The notes under the pieces: generated by a model
Database searches by the model: none
Told to the model about the DNA's origin: nothing
What the model saw: only the letters and a program-made list of their open reading frames with translations
Translations under genes and position numbers: made by a program
Origin: the human T2T-CHM13v2.0 reference genome, Homo sapiens
Assembly (NCBI RefSeq): GCF_009914755.1
Contig: NC_060941.1
Length of the DNA stretch: 64,000 nt
Strand: one strand, 5' to 3'
Shown here: piece after piece, positions 1-13,785 of the stretch
Layout of the letters: each line of letters opens with the position of its first letter
Position numbering within the stretch: the first letter of the stretch is position 1

Positions 1-499
1 ACCCATAGGTTTAGTCTTCTCGACCTTCCTGGGAAGTATGCAGCATTATCTTCATATCACAGTTTTAAAAACTAAAGCTCAGAGAGGTAAAGTTACTGAC
101 ATTTTAAATGTCACCCAGACAGTAAGTGGCATGGGCAAGATAAAAATGGTAGGCTCTCTGGCTCCCAAGCTCATATTTCTTCCCCTGCATCAGGAGTTAG
201 GAAATCTGCTCCCAACTCTGGCTGTGACATTAATTTGTTATTTCAGAATCGCTTTTCTCTCATGCCCCATTTTTATTCAAAATGATGGGTCAAGGAAATT
301 TGGGTGAGGTCAGATATGGCTAATGGATTTCACCCAAAGGCCAACTTTGATCAATTGGTAGCAGCTGCTTGGAGCTATGGGTTGAATGAGAGTCTGAGGT
401 CATGTCTAGGCTCATTAGGAAAGAGTGCTGTGATTGATTTGTGATGTCTGCCTTGGGCATAGATATGGATGACTGGAATGGTTCACTGAAGTGCTGTGA

Positions 500-790
500 T
501 TGTTGTGGTTGTCACCACAGCTCATTTCAAGATGGCTGCTCCACCTCAGCCTGCCATCTCTATTTTTAAGCAAGAGAAAAAAGAAGGAAGGAGAAAGGGG
601 GAAAGGAGCATATCTGCATCTGGAAAGCAAAACATTTTCCAGAAATTCCTAGCAAACTTCTTTTATATCCCATTGACCAAAATTGTATGACATAGCAACA
701 CCTTGTTAAATGGGAGTTTGGAGACATACACACTTTAATTGGGCTCATTTCTGCCACTCAAAATGACTAGAATTCTGCTAGTAAAGAAAT
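500..790 (-). mobile_element. Old MaLR LTR fragment (MLT1J/K/L-like)
   Basis: Motifs caagatggctgctccacctc and cttttatatcccattgaccaaaattgtatgacatagc resemble old MLT1 LTRs; the boundaries are approximate. Confidence 0.45.
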
Positions 791-1617
791 GGAGTCTGAA
801 TATTGTGCAGGAAACCAGCAGTGTCTGCAACATGTACCATCCCTAGACTGAATATCTTTATGGTCAGTTCCAGCCAAGTCAGCCATAGGATAATTCAGCA
901 AATTTACTTCTTTTCGGGTACAATGATGAATTTTTCAATGACTGTGCAGTCCCTGGTTCATGAGGGATCCTTAACAGGTATTTGGTGTGAGGGAACCCAG
1001 GCCAATGCAACAGTCCCTAGTAGTTTAATCCAGGAGGACAGAGTATCCAAAAGAGACATATCCTGAAGAGCAATGCTCAGAAAGCCATGGAGTGACCTGA
1101 GCATACTGTGCAAGGCTTGGAAGCGATCCCATCCGGGCTTGGGAGAGACAGGAGAGGGATAACATGGAGAGTTCTGAAGAACAGGGAGGGTTAACTTTGT
1201 TTGCCAAGTGAGACTCCATGATGGTCAGAGCTGGCTGGGAGGCTACTGCAGCCTCCTCACATTACAAATTGGGAAACAGAGTTCCAGTGAGACAAAGAGA
1301 GCTGTTTCAAGTTGCATGGCAAGTTCACTACAAAACCAGAGTAGAACCCATATTCTGACTCCCAGGCACAGAGGATGCAGCAGTACACTGGGACTCAGCA
1401 TCTGCCTTCATGGGCTGACACTCTGGGAGTATGAGTGGTAAGATACTAAAGCTGATTAACATGAAGTATTTCTTGACAGCTGGAAGAATTATGTGAATGA
1501 AGAGTACGTGAGCAAATAACAGGAGATCTGTAGGTGCGAAACGAATGAAAGGATAAAGTTTGAGCTGAGATCTAAAATCTGTGTGGGAGTTAAGCAGGTA
1601 TCTACAGCAGGGTCCCA

Positions 1618-1713
1618 TAGTGTGCATCTGTGTGTGGTGAGTGATGTGCGTGTGTAATGTGCATGTGTATGTGCTGTGTGAGCACATGTGCATGTTTGTG
1701 GTATGTGTGTGTG
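1618..1713. repeat. Degenerate (TG)n-rich simple repeat
   Basis: Interrupted tgtgtg/tgcatg run. Confidence 0.8.
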
Positions 1714-1858
1714 GTGAGAAAGTGTCCCTGGCAGAGGGAACTGAGTCTGTATGATGCTGCAATTCTTTGTCCACCTCCTCCTGACAGTGAGTCTCATGTA
1801 AGCTCAGCTCTTCCACTCTCTGTGCTGTCCTTGGGGCTCTGACCTTCAGTGATTCCTA

Positions 1859-2535
<677 letters not shown>

Positions 2536-2537
2536 TA

Positions 2538-2593
2538 AGGTTGCCAGATAAAATACAGGATGCAGAGTTACATTTGAAATTCAGATAGACAAC
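2538..2593 (+). mobile_element. MER53-like hAT MITE, one terminus only
   Basis: ggttgccagataaaatacaggatgcagagttacatttgaaattcagatagacaac matches the recalled MER53 end and then stops abruptly. Confidence 0.65.
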
Positions 2594-3049
2594 TGCTACA
2601 GGGCTGCTGGCCTTGGGCCTGGAACTCCTCGCTGTCACCCACACCTGGCCCTCTGTGAATCGAGGCCAAAGGAGGGAAGCAGGGGCAAGCAAACACACAA
2701 AGGCCGGGGGGTCCAGTGTGGTGCTGAGTGAGTTCCTGGTCTGGACTCGGAGGCCTGAGCTCTACCGTGGCTTTTTCACACCCTCGCTCTGTGACTTTAG
2801 GCAGAGCACCTAGCTGGGCTTCGGGCTTCGTGATAGAATTTGAGTTTTCGGATACTCTCTACTTTATTCGTTAGCACAGGAATGCCATTTTTATAAATAA
2901 TAATAATAACAATGGCCATTGCCACTGGCTTAGTGTGGCCCTTACATCTTTCGCTGGGTGACCTCCCATCTCCAGCCTCGCTCCCTCCATCCTGAGCACC
3001 GTGTGACCCTGTGTCTCCCCTTCCGAGCCCTGCGATGGCTTCCCATTAC

Positions 3050-3157
3050 CACCAAGCCGATGTCTGCCTCTTGGGCATGGCATCCACAGCCCATGTAAGC
3101 TGGCACCAAGCCAATGTCTGCCTCTTGGGCATGGCATCCACAGCCCATGTAAGCTGG
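3050..3157 (+). repeat. Tandem duplication, 2 x 54 bp
   Basis: caccaagcc(g/a)atgtctgcctcttgggcatggcatccacagcccatgtaagctgg at 3050-3103 and 3104-3157, with 1 mismatch. Confidence 0.97.
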
Positions 3158-4654
3158 CGCCCGCTGATCCCCTTAGGGTCACCATCTTCACCACCTATTC
3201 ATTTTCTATCCTGTAATTCCTGAATTCCCTGAGCTTCTCAGAATGAATGGCACTTCTGCCCCTCTGGGCTTTTGCCTGCATCCTATCTGCCTGAATCGTT
3301 AAATGAATGAATGAATGGGGAAAAAGAGCATGTGTATAAGCCATAATGGCTTCCAAAACTATTATCACCAGCCTTCATCACAGAATAATTTAATTGGTTC
3401 CTCATGATGGGTCATGATGAAGGCGGCCAGGAGTATCTTGGGATTCTGGTGTGAAGTTGCAGGGACTTCTTTTGGGGCTTAATATGATTGATGTGATACA
3501 AGCCCTGGAAATGAGGCTGCCAAGGAAAGTCCCCACCTCCCTCCCAGCCCACCAACCCACCATGACACATCTGTTTGAACAACTGGGCTGCAGACTGAGC
3601 TCAAGCAAAAGTCATGTGGGAACCTGGTTCTAGTGCACAGAGAGGTTTGACAAATTGCCATTTGGACACCTGAATTCAGCCTGCTGTGCGGTAACTGAAG
3701 GGATGCTTCCTGGCTTCCTATCTTTGACTAGAAAATGAATGTCCAGGTTAATTATAAGCTGGAAAAAAGATTACCTGATGCATAATGTCCTTTGTGATGT
3801 TATTAAAAGTCCTCCCAGGTAGCAGGTGTGCGGTTATTATCGTAACAAGACAATGGGGTGGCACCAAGTGCTTCTCTCCTTCCTCAAAGTGGACCTTGAT
3901 GACACCTCTTGCAGGAAGCCTTCAGTGATTACCTCTTGACTTCCCATTGCCCTGCACTGACTCAGCTCAGCCCTGCTGACTCTCATTTCCTTATTTCCAC
4001 GATGGGCTGTGTGTCAATGTGGCCCTTCTCAGGATAGCACTATCAATGACCTTACTCGTGGGCCTTCCGCTGGGAAATAGGAGGAGGCTGTGTGTCCTCA
4101 ATGTCCCCTTGGTATCACTGCTGATTCACTGAGCTACCTTGTGAGGGGATGCACTCATCTCAAGCCCATCTCCTCTTTTCTAAAATGGAGGTGAGTTGCT
4201 CCTGTCTGAGATCTCAGGGGGAATTGAAAAGAGTTTGGAGATCCTCTGTGAATACTTATAAAAAAAGCTCTTGCTTCAAAACTAGAAGCATGAGTGTAAA
4301 AAAGAAAAATATGGATGCTGAACACACTGGAACCAATACATCCAAAAGAACACAGTCCTTGTCAAAGTCGTGCCTGTACCAGCCACACCTCATCCCCTGC
4401 CCTTGCTTGCTTACCAGGCTTTGAGAAACACCTTTTAGCTAGTTTATCAGCAGATAGGCAAAAAAACAATTTTGTGCCTTGGATTCATACCTTTAAAAAA
4501 ACCCTCAAATCCCATTATCCATTGGATGATTTGGCCCAGAAAGACTGTTTCTGAAAATCAAATTCACCTCCTGGGGATAAACACTTGTCACCACTGAGAT
4601 AATTCAAGAGCTTATCTCCCCATAAATTTATTCTCCTCCCTCAACAGGCGGCCT

Positions 4655-4870
4655 GATATCATAGAAGGAGTTTTAGAATCAGACCAGAATTCTGACTTCT
4701 TCACTTCTCTACTGGGTAGCATTGGGCAAGTGACTCAACCTCTCTGAGCCTCGACGTCCTCTCCAAGATAAGATGGGAAAGAGTAACTAAACGCACAGGG
4801 TATTGATGCACGTTAAGTGAGATAATGTCTAGACTGCATAGTGGATACTCATGAAGTATTAGTCTCTCTC
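4655..4870 (+). mobile_element. MIR SINE
   Basis: MIR core ttgggcaagtgactcaacctctctgagcctc...gtattgatgcacgttaagtgagataatg. Confidence 0.8.
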
Positions 4871-5004
4871 TTCTTCCCTTCCTCTGAATCTCACCAAGCT
4901 GGCCCCTACTGGGTAGCAATAGGGGCAGGGCGCCTAGGGTATTCTAACTTATGCTATGTTTAAGTCATCTTGTCCTTATTTTGCTCATCCCCCTCCTGGC
5001 ATCT

Positions 5005-5100
5005 TAAGTGCAGGGCCTTACTCATGTCTGTATCCCTTACAGTGCTAGTGTGGTGCTTGGCACATAGTAGGTGCTCAAAAAATCTGTTTCATTGAGTCAA
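5005..5100 (+). mobile_element. L2 3' end
   Basis: tctgtatccc...gtgcttggcacatagtaggtgctcaaaaa. Confidence 0.75.
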
Positions 5101-5309
5101 ATATGTCATAGGGGCCCAGACCACTTTTAATAGAAGAATAAGCCATGCAGGACGGCCATGCAATCAGAAGGATGCCATTCCAGGTTAATAAGTAACTATT
5201 GGCAGTCATTTTGTAAACACATTTGGCTTCCCAGGGTGTCTGCTTTGAACCTCTTAGAATTCTGTTAAGTTCTGTTGTTCCTTAAAAAAAAGATTAACTC
5301 TGCCTGGGG

Positions 5310-5343
5310 TGCAGTTCTTCAGCTGCCCTCCAGATGGCGGTGT
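5310..5343 (+). promoter_or_regulatory. Predicted CTCF site (core plus upstream motif)
   Basis: TGCAG-ttcttcagc-TGCCCTCCAGATGGCGG; the core matches CCASYAGRKGGCRS at 13 of 14 positions, and TGCAG sits at the usual upstream (ZF9-11) spacing. Confidence 0.7.
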
Positions 5344-5779
5344 TCAACACAGATTTATCTCAACCGCTCAAGCCCCTGGGAACTCAACACAAGAAAAAAA
5401 AAATCTCTGTTTTATTATCAATGCATTAAGAATGAATTTATCATCCCGGCTCAGCAAAAGTCTAGTTATTCTGTAAGAAGCTTTATCCCTAGCTAACGTG
5501 CAGCTTAATCAGTTCAGTTAGATACAAAGCCAGCTAGGGCTTTTGTCCCGTGTTCAGAATGAATAACCTAGTGCTCTCAGAAGTTTCAGCTTTCCTGGCA
5601 GACAAACCTAAGAAACTTAGTTTCTCTCCGGGATCCTTGGGCTGGGGGTTGTGGGGAAAGTGTGGGAGAAATAATATATGCAGAAAGTTCTATATCCTGA
5701 AGTGAGGGGGAGGGATGATGGATTATCCCGCAAAGGGGTTTTAGTGGGATAATAATAACAACAGCAAAACAACAGCAGC

Positions 5780-6370
<591 letters not shown>

Positions 6371-6859
6371 TGAGGATATATACTCCATACTTCTGAACAT
6401 CTTGAACCACCAATGCCCACCCCATTGTAGCCACAGTGTTCCCTAGCCCACAAGCAAGAGCAAGAAGTAGAAAAGCCCAGTGCAAACCCATCCCTGTCTT
6501 GGGGAAACAGTGCAAAGCACACACTACACCTACTCCAGGTGTAATAATATAGGTTGTTGGAAGAACACCCAAGTTTTACAGCCAAAGGGACCTGAGTTTG
6601 AATCCCTATCCAGTCAATTTCTTGGATGAGTTACTTAACACCCTAGAATCTCAAATAGTAGGTGCAGTCCAAAGGTGGGAAAATCCGGCAGTTGCAAACT
6701 CTCAGGAATCAGCAGTTATGTGGCGGGCACTGTCCCCAGAACCCAGGTACCAGGAGTCAGCTCAGGTTCTGCTCCCAGGCAGTGGAGGACTCTGAGCAGG
6801 GAAGGCGGGAGGGCCCTTCAGGGAGCAAGACCTGGTCTGCCAGGGTGGTCATTGACTTA

Positions 6860-7030
6860 ACAGTGAAGTGCTTTTGTGTCACTCAGCCTAGATATGACTC
6901 TTGGGCTCTTCTCTTTATCAGCCATATGACCCAGGCCAAGTTGTTTAGCTGCTCTGAGCCTCAGTTCTCTCATCCATAAAATGGATGTGATAAGTTAATG
7001 TGTGTGAACAGCTTGGCACAGGGCCGGGCT
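6860..7030 (+). mobile_element. MIR SINE
   Basis: tgacccaggccaagttgtttagctgctctgagcctcagttctctcatccataaaatgg. Confidence 0.75.
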
Positions 7031-8077
7031 CAGGCCATGTGAGGATCGGGGGTAATGAGCATGCAGAGGCATGATGATGAATCGTATCCTGAAAGGAAAC
7101 TCAAGGCATACAGAGGGTCGCCATCACTGGGTTGGTGTGGAGGGGGATGGGGGTGGTTCCCTTATCCTAAACCTTTCTCCCAGCCCTGCTTCCCAAAGTG
7201 CCCGCGTTTAATGTTTGCTAACAGCCACGCAGCTTAATCTTCACTGCCTGCTGCTTTCCTGTTAGAAATGACCAAAGCTTTGCCCCTGTGGCCACTGGAC
7301 CATGCTAAAGAGCCCGAGACGCCTCTCCACAGCATTTCTGAGTGGCTGGCTACGTGTCTTTTTGTTTTGCTCAGGTGTCTGTGTGTGCATTTCTTGGAAT
7401 TGCTTTCTGGAACACTAAGATCAATATTGTCTCTAACATTGGTCTTGAGAGATGCTGGGGACAGCGCAGGATGATGGAGTGGGTGGGATTGGGAGGCAGA
7501 CATAGAGGGGTGAGGTAGGGTGAACAGTCACTTCCATCGAGCCCATTCACCAAAAGTGGATCCTTGCCACCAGTGTTGTAGTAACAGTAATGCATTTGGA
7601 CATGATAGTCATGAAAACCATGATGGAAAGGCTTTCAAGGACACAGAGCGAACACAGGAGTCAGCCCTGCTCCACATAGAATTAAAGCATCTGAAGTCAG
7701 CTGTGAGACAAATGGAGAAGGTGGCCCTTGAATACTGCTCCTTTCCCCCACCGCTGACAGTCTTTGCTGTCCCCACCTCCCCTTCCTGATTTCCCAGTCT
7801 CCCACATAGGAGCAAGGGGCTTTCCATGGACCCAGCCTTAAAGACATAATAAGGCATCCTTGATTCTTCCTTTACCTTCCTATAACACCCTGTTCGTCAG
7901 AAATTCCTTTTGACTCCACTTGTAGATATAACTTGAGTGCCTCCCATTTCTTCTTCTCTGGCCCAGCTCAAGCCACCGGTGGCTCTCTTATAGATTTCTG
8001 TAGGAACCTCCCCTGCATGGTCTCCCTGCCTCCAATCTGGCCTCTTGCAATGCATTCTCCCACAGCAGGCAGACTGG

Positions 8078-8458
8078 CTTTTATATATTCCAGATAGAAG
8101 TTCTTTGTCTGATCGGTGGTTTGCAGATATTTTCTCCCAGTCTGAAGCTTATCTTTTCAACCAGGGTCTTTTGTAGAGCAAACATTTTTAATTTTAATGA
8201 AGTCCAATTTATACATTTTTTCTTTTACAGATAATACTTTTGTGTATGTCCAAAAACTCTGCCTAGCCCTCAGTCCTGGGGCCTTTATCTTATTTTTTTC
8301 CCCTATAAGCTTCAAAGTTTAACATTTTTACATTTACATCTGTGGTCCTCTTTGAATTAGTTTTTGTAAAGTATAAGGTTTAGATTGAAGTTCCTTTTTT
8401 TTTTTTTTGCCCATTGCTCAATTTCCATTTGTTAAAAAGATTATCCTTTCTGCATTGT
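8078..8458 (-). mobile_element. L1M fragment
   Basis: tttgcagatattttctcccagtctg...ttttaattttaatgaagtccaattta...atttgttaaaaagattatcctttct, antisense to L1 ORF2. Confidence 0.85.
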
Positions 8459-8484
8459 AGAGTGATCTTTTAAAAATATAAGCT

Positions 8485-8789
<305 letters not shown>

Positions 8790-9284
8790 TAAAAATATGA
8801 GCTGATCATGGACCTCCTTTGCTTAAAACCCTTCAGTGCCTTCCTACATGCTGAGAAGAACATCCAAACAAGCCTATTCTCAGGCTCCGGCCAGCCCCCC
8901 TGACCTTATCTCCTCCTCTCCGTCCCACTTGTTCTAGCTACAGAGGTCTCCTTGCTCTCCTTAGAACACCCAAAACTTCCTCGCCTCAGAATTTTTGCAC
9001 CTGCTGTTCTCTCTGCCTGGAAGGCTCCTGGGCTTCTCCCATGGCTGGTCCCTTCTTATCCATCAGACCCAAGAGCAAATGTCCCCTCAGCAGATTCCTA
9101 AGCACCCTGCTTACATTACTCCTTTTCACCCCATCACTTTCCATCACCACACTGTGCAGTTTCCTTCTTGGCACCCATGGCTAGCAGAAATGATCTCACT
9201 TACCTGCTTACCAGTTGATTGTTCACCTTCACCTGAATCTAAGCTATGCAGAGGCAAGGCACTAACCATCTCCTTCACCGTTGT

Positions 9285-9525
9285 GGTTAATAGCTCATGC
9301 TCTGGAATCAGACAGCCTAGGTTCAAATCATCCCTTTGACACTTACTAATCCTGGTGAGATCTTGGCCATGTAACATAACCTCTCCATGCCTCAGTGGCA
9401 TCCTCTGTAAAATGGAGATAGTGATTGCACTTACATCATTGGTCCTAACAGGGACTAAAGGAATTCATGCATGTAAATTCAGTAGAGTGTCTGGCATATG
9501 TTAGATGCTCAAAGCATTTGCGATA
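9285..9525 (+). mobile_element. MIR SINE (near full length)
   Basis: ctctggaatcagacagcctaggttcaaatc...cctctgtaaaatggagatag...gtgtctggcatatgttagatgctcaa. Confidence 0.85.
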
Positions 9526-10349
9526 TTAGGACTACTGTTGTTGGTGAATAAATGAGCATTGGCAGTGGCCTTTAAACTGCACTGCAGAGCAGAGCTCCAG
9601 GGTTGCCTGCCACATGGTAGATGAACACTTAGGTGGTGTCTGGGCCACCCATCCCTACCTTAATCAGACTGGCTCTCCTGTCATCTGTCTATATTTTGGA
9701 TTTCCATGTTTGTTTTCAGAATAGGATATTGCTGCTAATATAAGTTTGAAAAAACATGAATGAAGGGGAATGGACTTTCCCATGGAAACCCCTGGATTCT
9801 TAGTCCCAACTCCAGTTGTAATTTTTGGCAAATCATGTGCCCACTTTAGACCTCAGTTATCCACCTGATGAAATTTAGCTGGATAGTCAGCAAGGTCTCT
9901 TCCATTTAGGATGCTCCATTTATCATGTTCCATTATTCTAAGTGAGGAACCGACTTTCTACGCCATACCGTCTCCAGAGATGCCCTTGGCAGGAACTTGG
10001 CAGCGACTCTTTACCTGAGAGCCCAGAGCACCAAAGGTACAGCTCTGCCTGTGGGTGGAATATGGTGCAACCAAGCTCAGGGGGGCCTGGAGTCTGGCAT
10101 TAGGAGACTGAAGTTTTGTGAGGTTGGGGGGTCATTGAGCACTCTAAGTGCTGTGAAGTTAGGGAGCCCTGGAATCAGCCCTGGCTCCACCACTCATTAG
10201 GTTAAAGGCCTTGGGCCAGGTATCTCATCATACCCAGTCCTGTTTTTTCATCTGAAAAATTAATATGTATATATGGGTTTGATGAGGGCATTCAGGGAGA
10301 TAATACATGGGTAGTTCTGGCAATGCCTGGCATGTACGCGGAAATACAA

Positions 10350-10472
10350 ACTCTTAAACTTACTGAAATAGAGTCTTTAGAGGAGAAGCCTAGGAATTTG
10401 CATTTTGAACAATCTCCCTACCCCTCCTCCCTCAAGTGAATGTGATGGTGAACCAAGCTTCAGAAACACTAA
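10350..10472. mobile_element. MER5-family hAT-Charlie MITE fragment
   Basis: actgaaatagagtct...cctaggaatttgcattttgaacaa...caagcttcagaaacact. Confidence 0.6.
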
Positions 10473-10502
10473 TCTATTTCATGACCATTGCTACCTCCTA
10501 GG

Positions 10503-10829
10503 CAATGCTGTTCAATAGAAATATTCTCTGAGCTACATATGTAATTTAAATTTTCCAGAAGCCCAAATTAAAAAGGAAAGAGATGTAAAAAGATGAAATG
10601 AATTTTAGTAATATATTTAATTTAATGCAATACATCATTGCAACAAAATTATAATTTTGTCATGTAATCTGTATCAAAAAATTACTAATGAAGATATTTT
10701 ACATTTTTTTCATACTTAGTCCAAAATCTGGTTTGTATTTTATACCTATAGCACTTCTTGATTCCCATGAACCACATGTCCAGTGCTCAAGAGCCACATG
10801 TAGCTGAGAGCTGTTTTGTGCAGTGCAGG
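10503..10829. mobile_element. MER33-like hAT-Charlie MITE
   Basis: gctgttcaatagaaata...gctacatatgtaatttaaattttcc...cagtgctcaagagccacatgtagct. Confidence 0.8.
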
Positions 10830-11026
10830 TCTAGAGACTGCCCCAGAAAGCTGGGGTCAGACATGCAGCCCAGACAGTAGTGAAGTGTGCAGGACCTTAT
10901 GACATGCCTTTTGGGGAACAATTTTACCCGTACTTTATCATTTTTTTTCCTTGCCTTTGTCCCCTTGAAACAAGCTCACTAACAGCAGATTCTACATATA
11001 TTGTGTCTGATTAGTGCTTTGCATGT

Positions 11027-11420
11027 TGTTATGAGCTGAATCACATTCCCCCAAAAATTCCTATGTTGAAGTCCTAACTCCCAGGGCTTCAGAATATTAC
11101 TATATTTGGAGATAGGGTCTTTAAGAAGTAATCAAGGTTAAAAAAAAAATGAGGGCATTAGGGTGGACCTAATCCAATATGACTGGTGTCCTTATAGGAA
11201 GAGGAGATTAGGGTACAGACACACAAGGAAGGAAAATGATGTGAAGATGAAGAAAGAAGATGGCCATCTACAAGCCAAGAAGAGAGGCCCCAGGAGAAAC
11301 CAACCCTGCCGACACCTTGAATTCAGATTTCCAGCCTCTGGAACTGTGAGGAAATCAATTTCTGTAGTTTAAGCCACTCAGTCTGTATTACTTGGTTATG
11401 GCAGCCCTAGCAATCTCATT
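11027..11420 (+). mobile_element. MLT1B-like MaLR solo LTR
   Basis: tgttatgagctgaat...tatttggagatagggtcttt...ctaatccaatatgactggtgtcctta...tttaagccactcagtctg...ttatggcagccctagcaa. Confidence 0.88.
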
Positions 11421-11429
11421 TGCATTCTG

Positions 11430-11610
11430 TTTGCATCATCTCTGCAATGCAGTTACAACAACTCCATTTTATAGATGAAGACACTGAGGCTTAGAGAGGT
11501 TACATAATCTTCCCAAGTCATGGCTGGAATGTGGCTGAACCAGGATTCAAATTCAGGTCTACCTTCACCTTGCTGTTGAGCCAATGCCCTTACTCCTAAC
11601 CACTAATGCC
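11430..11610 (-). mobile_element. MIR SINE
   Basis: ccattttatagatgaagacactgaggcttagagaggttacataatcttcccaagtca. Confidence 0.85.
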
Positions 11611-13785
11611 TATATTTTTCATCCACTTTCCTTCCCAACAATTTTTTAATAGTAATCTTTTTGTGAATCACAGATGTGGGTTCTAGTCACATGTGATTTT
11701 GAAAGTGGTACTTGAGTCATCAATATTCTCACTTATGAAATGAAATGGTCAAATGGTCCAATGGTCAAACGGTTGCTGAAAGTCCTTTCAAATTACTGTT
11801 CTATGAGAAATTCCAAATTGCAGGGGCCAGAGAGAATGATGACTCCAACATAGCACAGACCTTCAGGAAGATGGCAAGACCAGGGGAGGCAGAAGATTTT
11901 GCTACTAAAGCAAGTGCATTCAAACTACCACATAGGATCCCTTGAACTGGAATCTGCGTCGGCTGCTTCAGAGACCAGCACAGGTTTACTGCTATCTGCT
12001 AAGTGCTGCTGCAATGTCATTACTATGTTCCATTCTCCCAGTGTGGAAACTGAGTCTCAGGGAGAGTTTAAGGAGCTTGGCAAGCTCACGCAGCTGGAAG
12101 TAAGAGAAGAGGCTGGGGTTTGGACACAAGCCTTTCAGCTTTCTCATCTGTGCCCCCCCCTTGATCATGTTGGCATAAACCAGGCAGAGTAACAGGCTGT
12201 GGGCAAACTTGTTTGACTAACTGGCAGGTTCAAGGGCCATAAATGTGACCCTGAAATAGAAGGTGAGCCCTGAGTTACCCTTTCTGGTAATGGACAGGGA
12301 CCCAGCACACTAGGTGATATCTCAGACCTCTTCCGTCTGGGATTCCAAGATAGAGCAGGTAGAGGAGTGGGAAGGGTGACCTTGAGCTCCAAGTACAAGT
12401 CGAGATTCCCAGACTTCTTGATGTCAAGAAGTAGTAAATGATGAATTAAAAAAAAGAAAAACTGAAGGTGGCATTGGGGACCAACTTTTTATTTTGCCCT
12501 TAAAAACTTACTATCTGCTATCACCATTATTTTACATATAAAGGACATTTTTAATACCCACCTAATTAAAAATATTTTAATCTTAGAGTAAAGAATGGCT
12601 TTTTAAATTTAATAAATTTCATTTTATGAAAATTCACTACTCTTTCCTTATTTTTCCCTTTTTACTGCAGTCAAAGGAAATCTTCATTACTCACTGTCAG
12701 CAATTCATGAGACTCCTGGCCCCTGGCCACCCCATCATGTGTCCTAAGCCCTGGGTCATTTTGCTGTAGAGGCAGTGAAAGTCAGGGTTGGGAAGCAGGC
12801 AGTGTTGATGGCTTATCTCTCTTGGGTACTACAAGTCACCCCTCAGGTTCAGCTGAAAATCGAAGAAAAATAGACAAAGGGCATTTTGCATGAAGAGTCT
12901 GAGTCAGTGAGAAGGGTGAGCTGCAGTACATCATCAAAGGTGGGCTAATTTTATTCCTCTCAAGCACATACTTTCATACTGTGATACAAACTAATTTAGC
13001 AAAGAATTGCTAATTAGATGTCTTTGGGAAATCAAGCTTCTTGGATGGATGAGACTGATTTACAGATACTCTTCTCATTGCATACCTGCTAATGGGTACT
13101 TCCAAAGTACTTGTGGGGAGTCCAGGAGAGAAGGGGCCTATGGTACAGGAGCACAGTACGGCTCTCACAGCGTGCTCACAAAAGGCAGTTTCTCCTTTTA
13201 AACACTTGCTATCTCCCATTGCAACAATTATTTCCAAAGTTGCCTGAATGAAAGGTGAACTGCATTCTGCAAGGCCCCAGAGGTCCCAGAGCTATTACTA
13301 CCTTTTTGGAGGCAGTCTTTGTTACTGGATAAAGTGGTATCTGTGGCTGTAGAGGCTCCACCTGCTGAAGAAGGTGTGTAACCTGGGACCAGACCTGTAT
13401 TCACACATTCCCCAGGAGGGAAGATGGAATATCTAGTGTTCCCTTCAGAGCAGAGCTGATAGGAGAATATTCAGATGTAATAAAAGGATAAATTAGAGCG
13501 TGAAGCCATATGTTACCAAAGGATCCAATACACTTATTGGGTCTCAGGAAAAGGAGAAGAAAATACATATTTTTGAGCCTCTAGAAGGTATCATGTTCTC
13601 TAACAGGTGCCAAGGAATGAAAGAAAAATTGAGCAAAGGTGTAGCCCTCAAAATATGTCCCAGCAGCATGTAGGGGAGGGTGACAAGTAAAACAGTGGCA
13701 AGGTTCACTGTTGTATCAGTAGTTTCTGCACAGTGTTTGTGACAATACAAGAGGAGCTCCACTGAGCACCTGGGAGGTAGGTGTG

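Noticed and set aside
3050-3157. CRISPR-like array reading of this or the 42012-42082 repeats
   Set aside because: Primate DNA, with no regular repeat-spacer structure and no cas genes.
4898-4912. Second CTCF-like motif on the minus strand (CCAGTAGGGGCCAG)
   Set aside because: Mismatch in the strongly conserved GGC of the core.
4709-4918. 13-bp direct repeat ctactgggtagca, 197 bp apart
   Set aside because: Too short to separate from chance in a 64-kb window.
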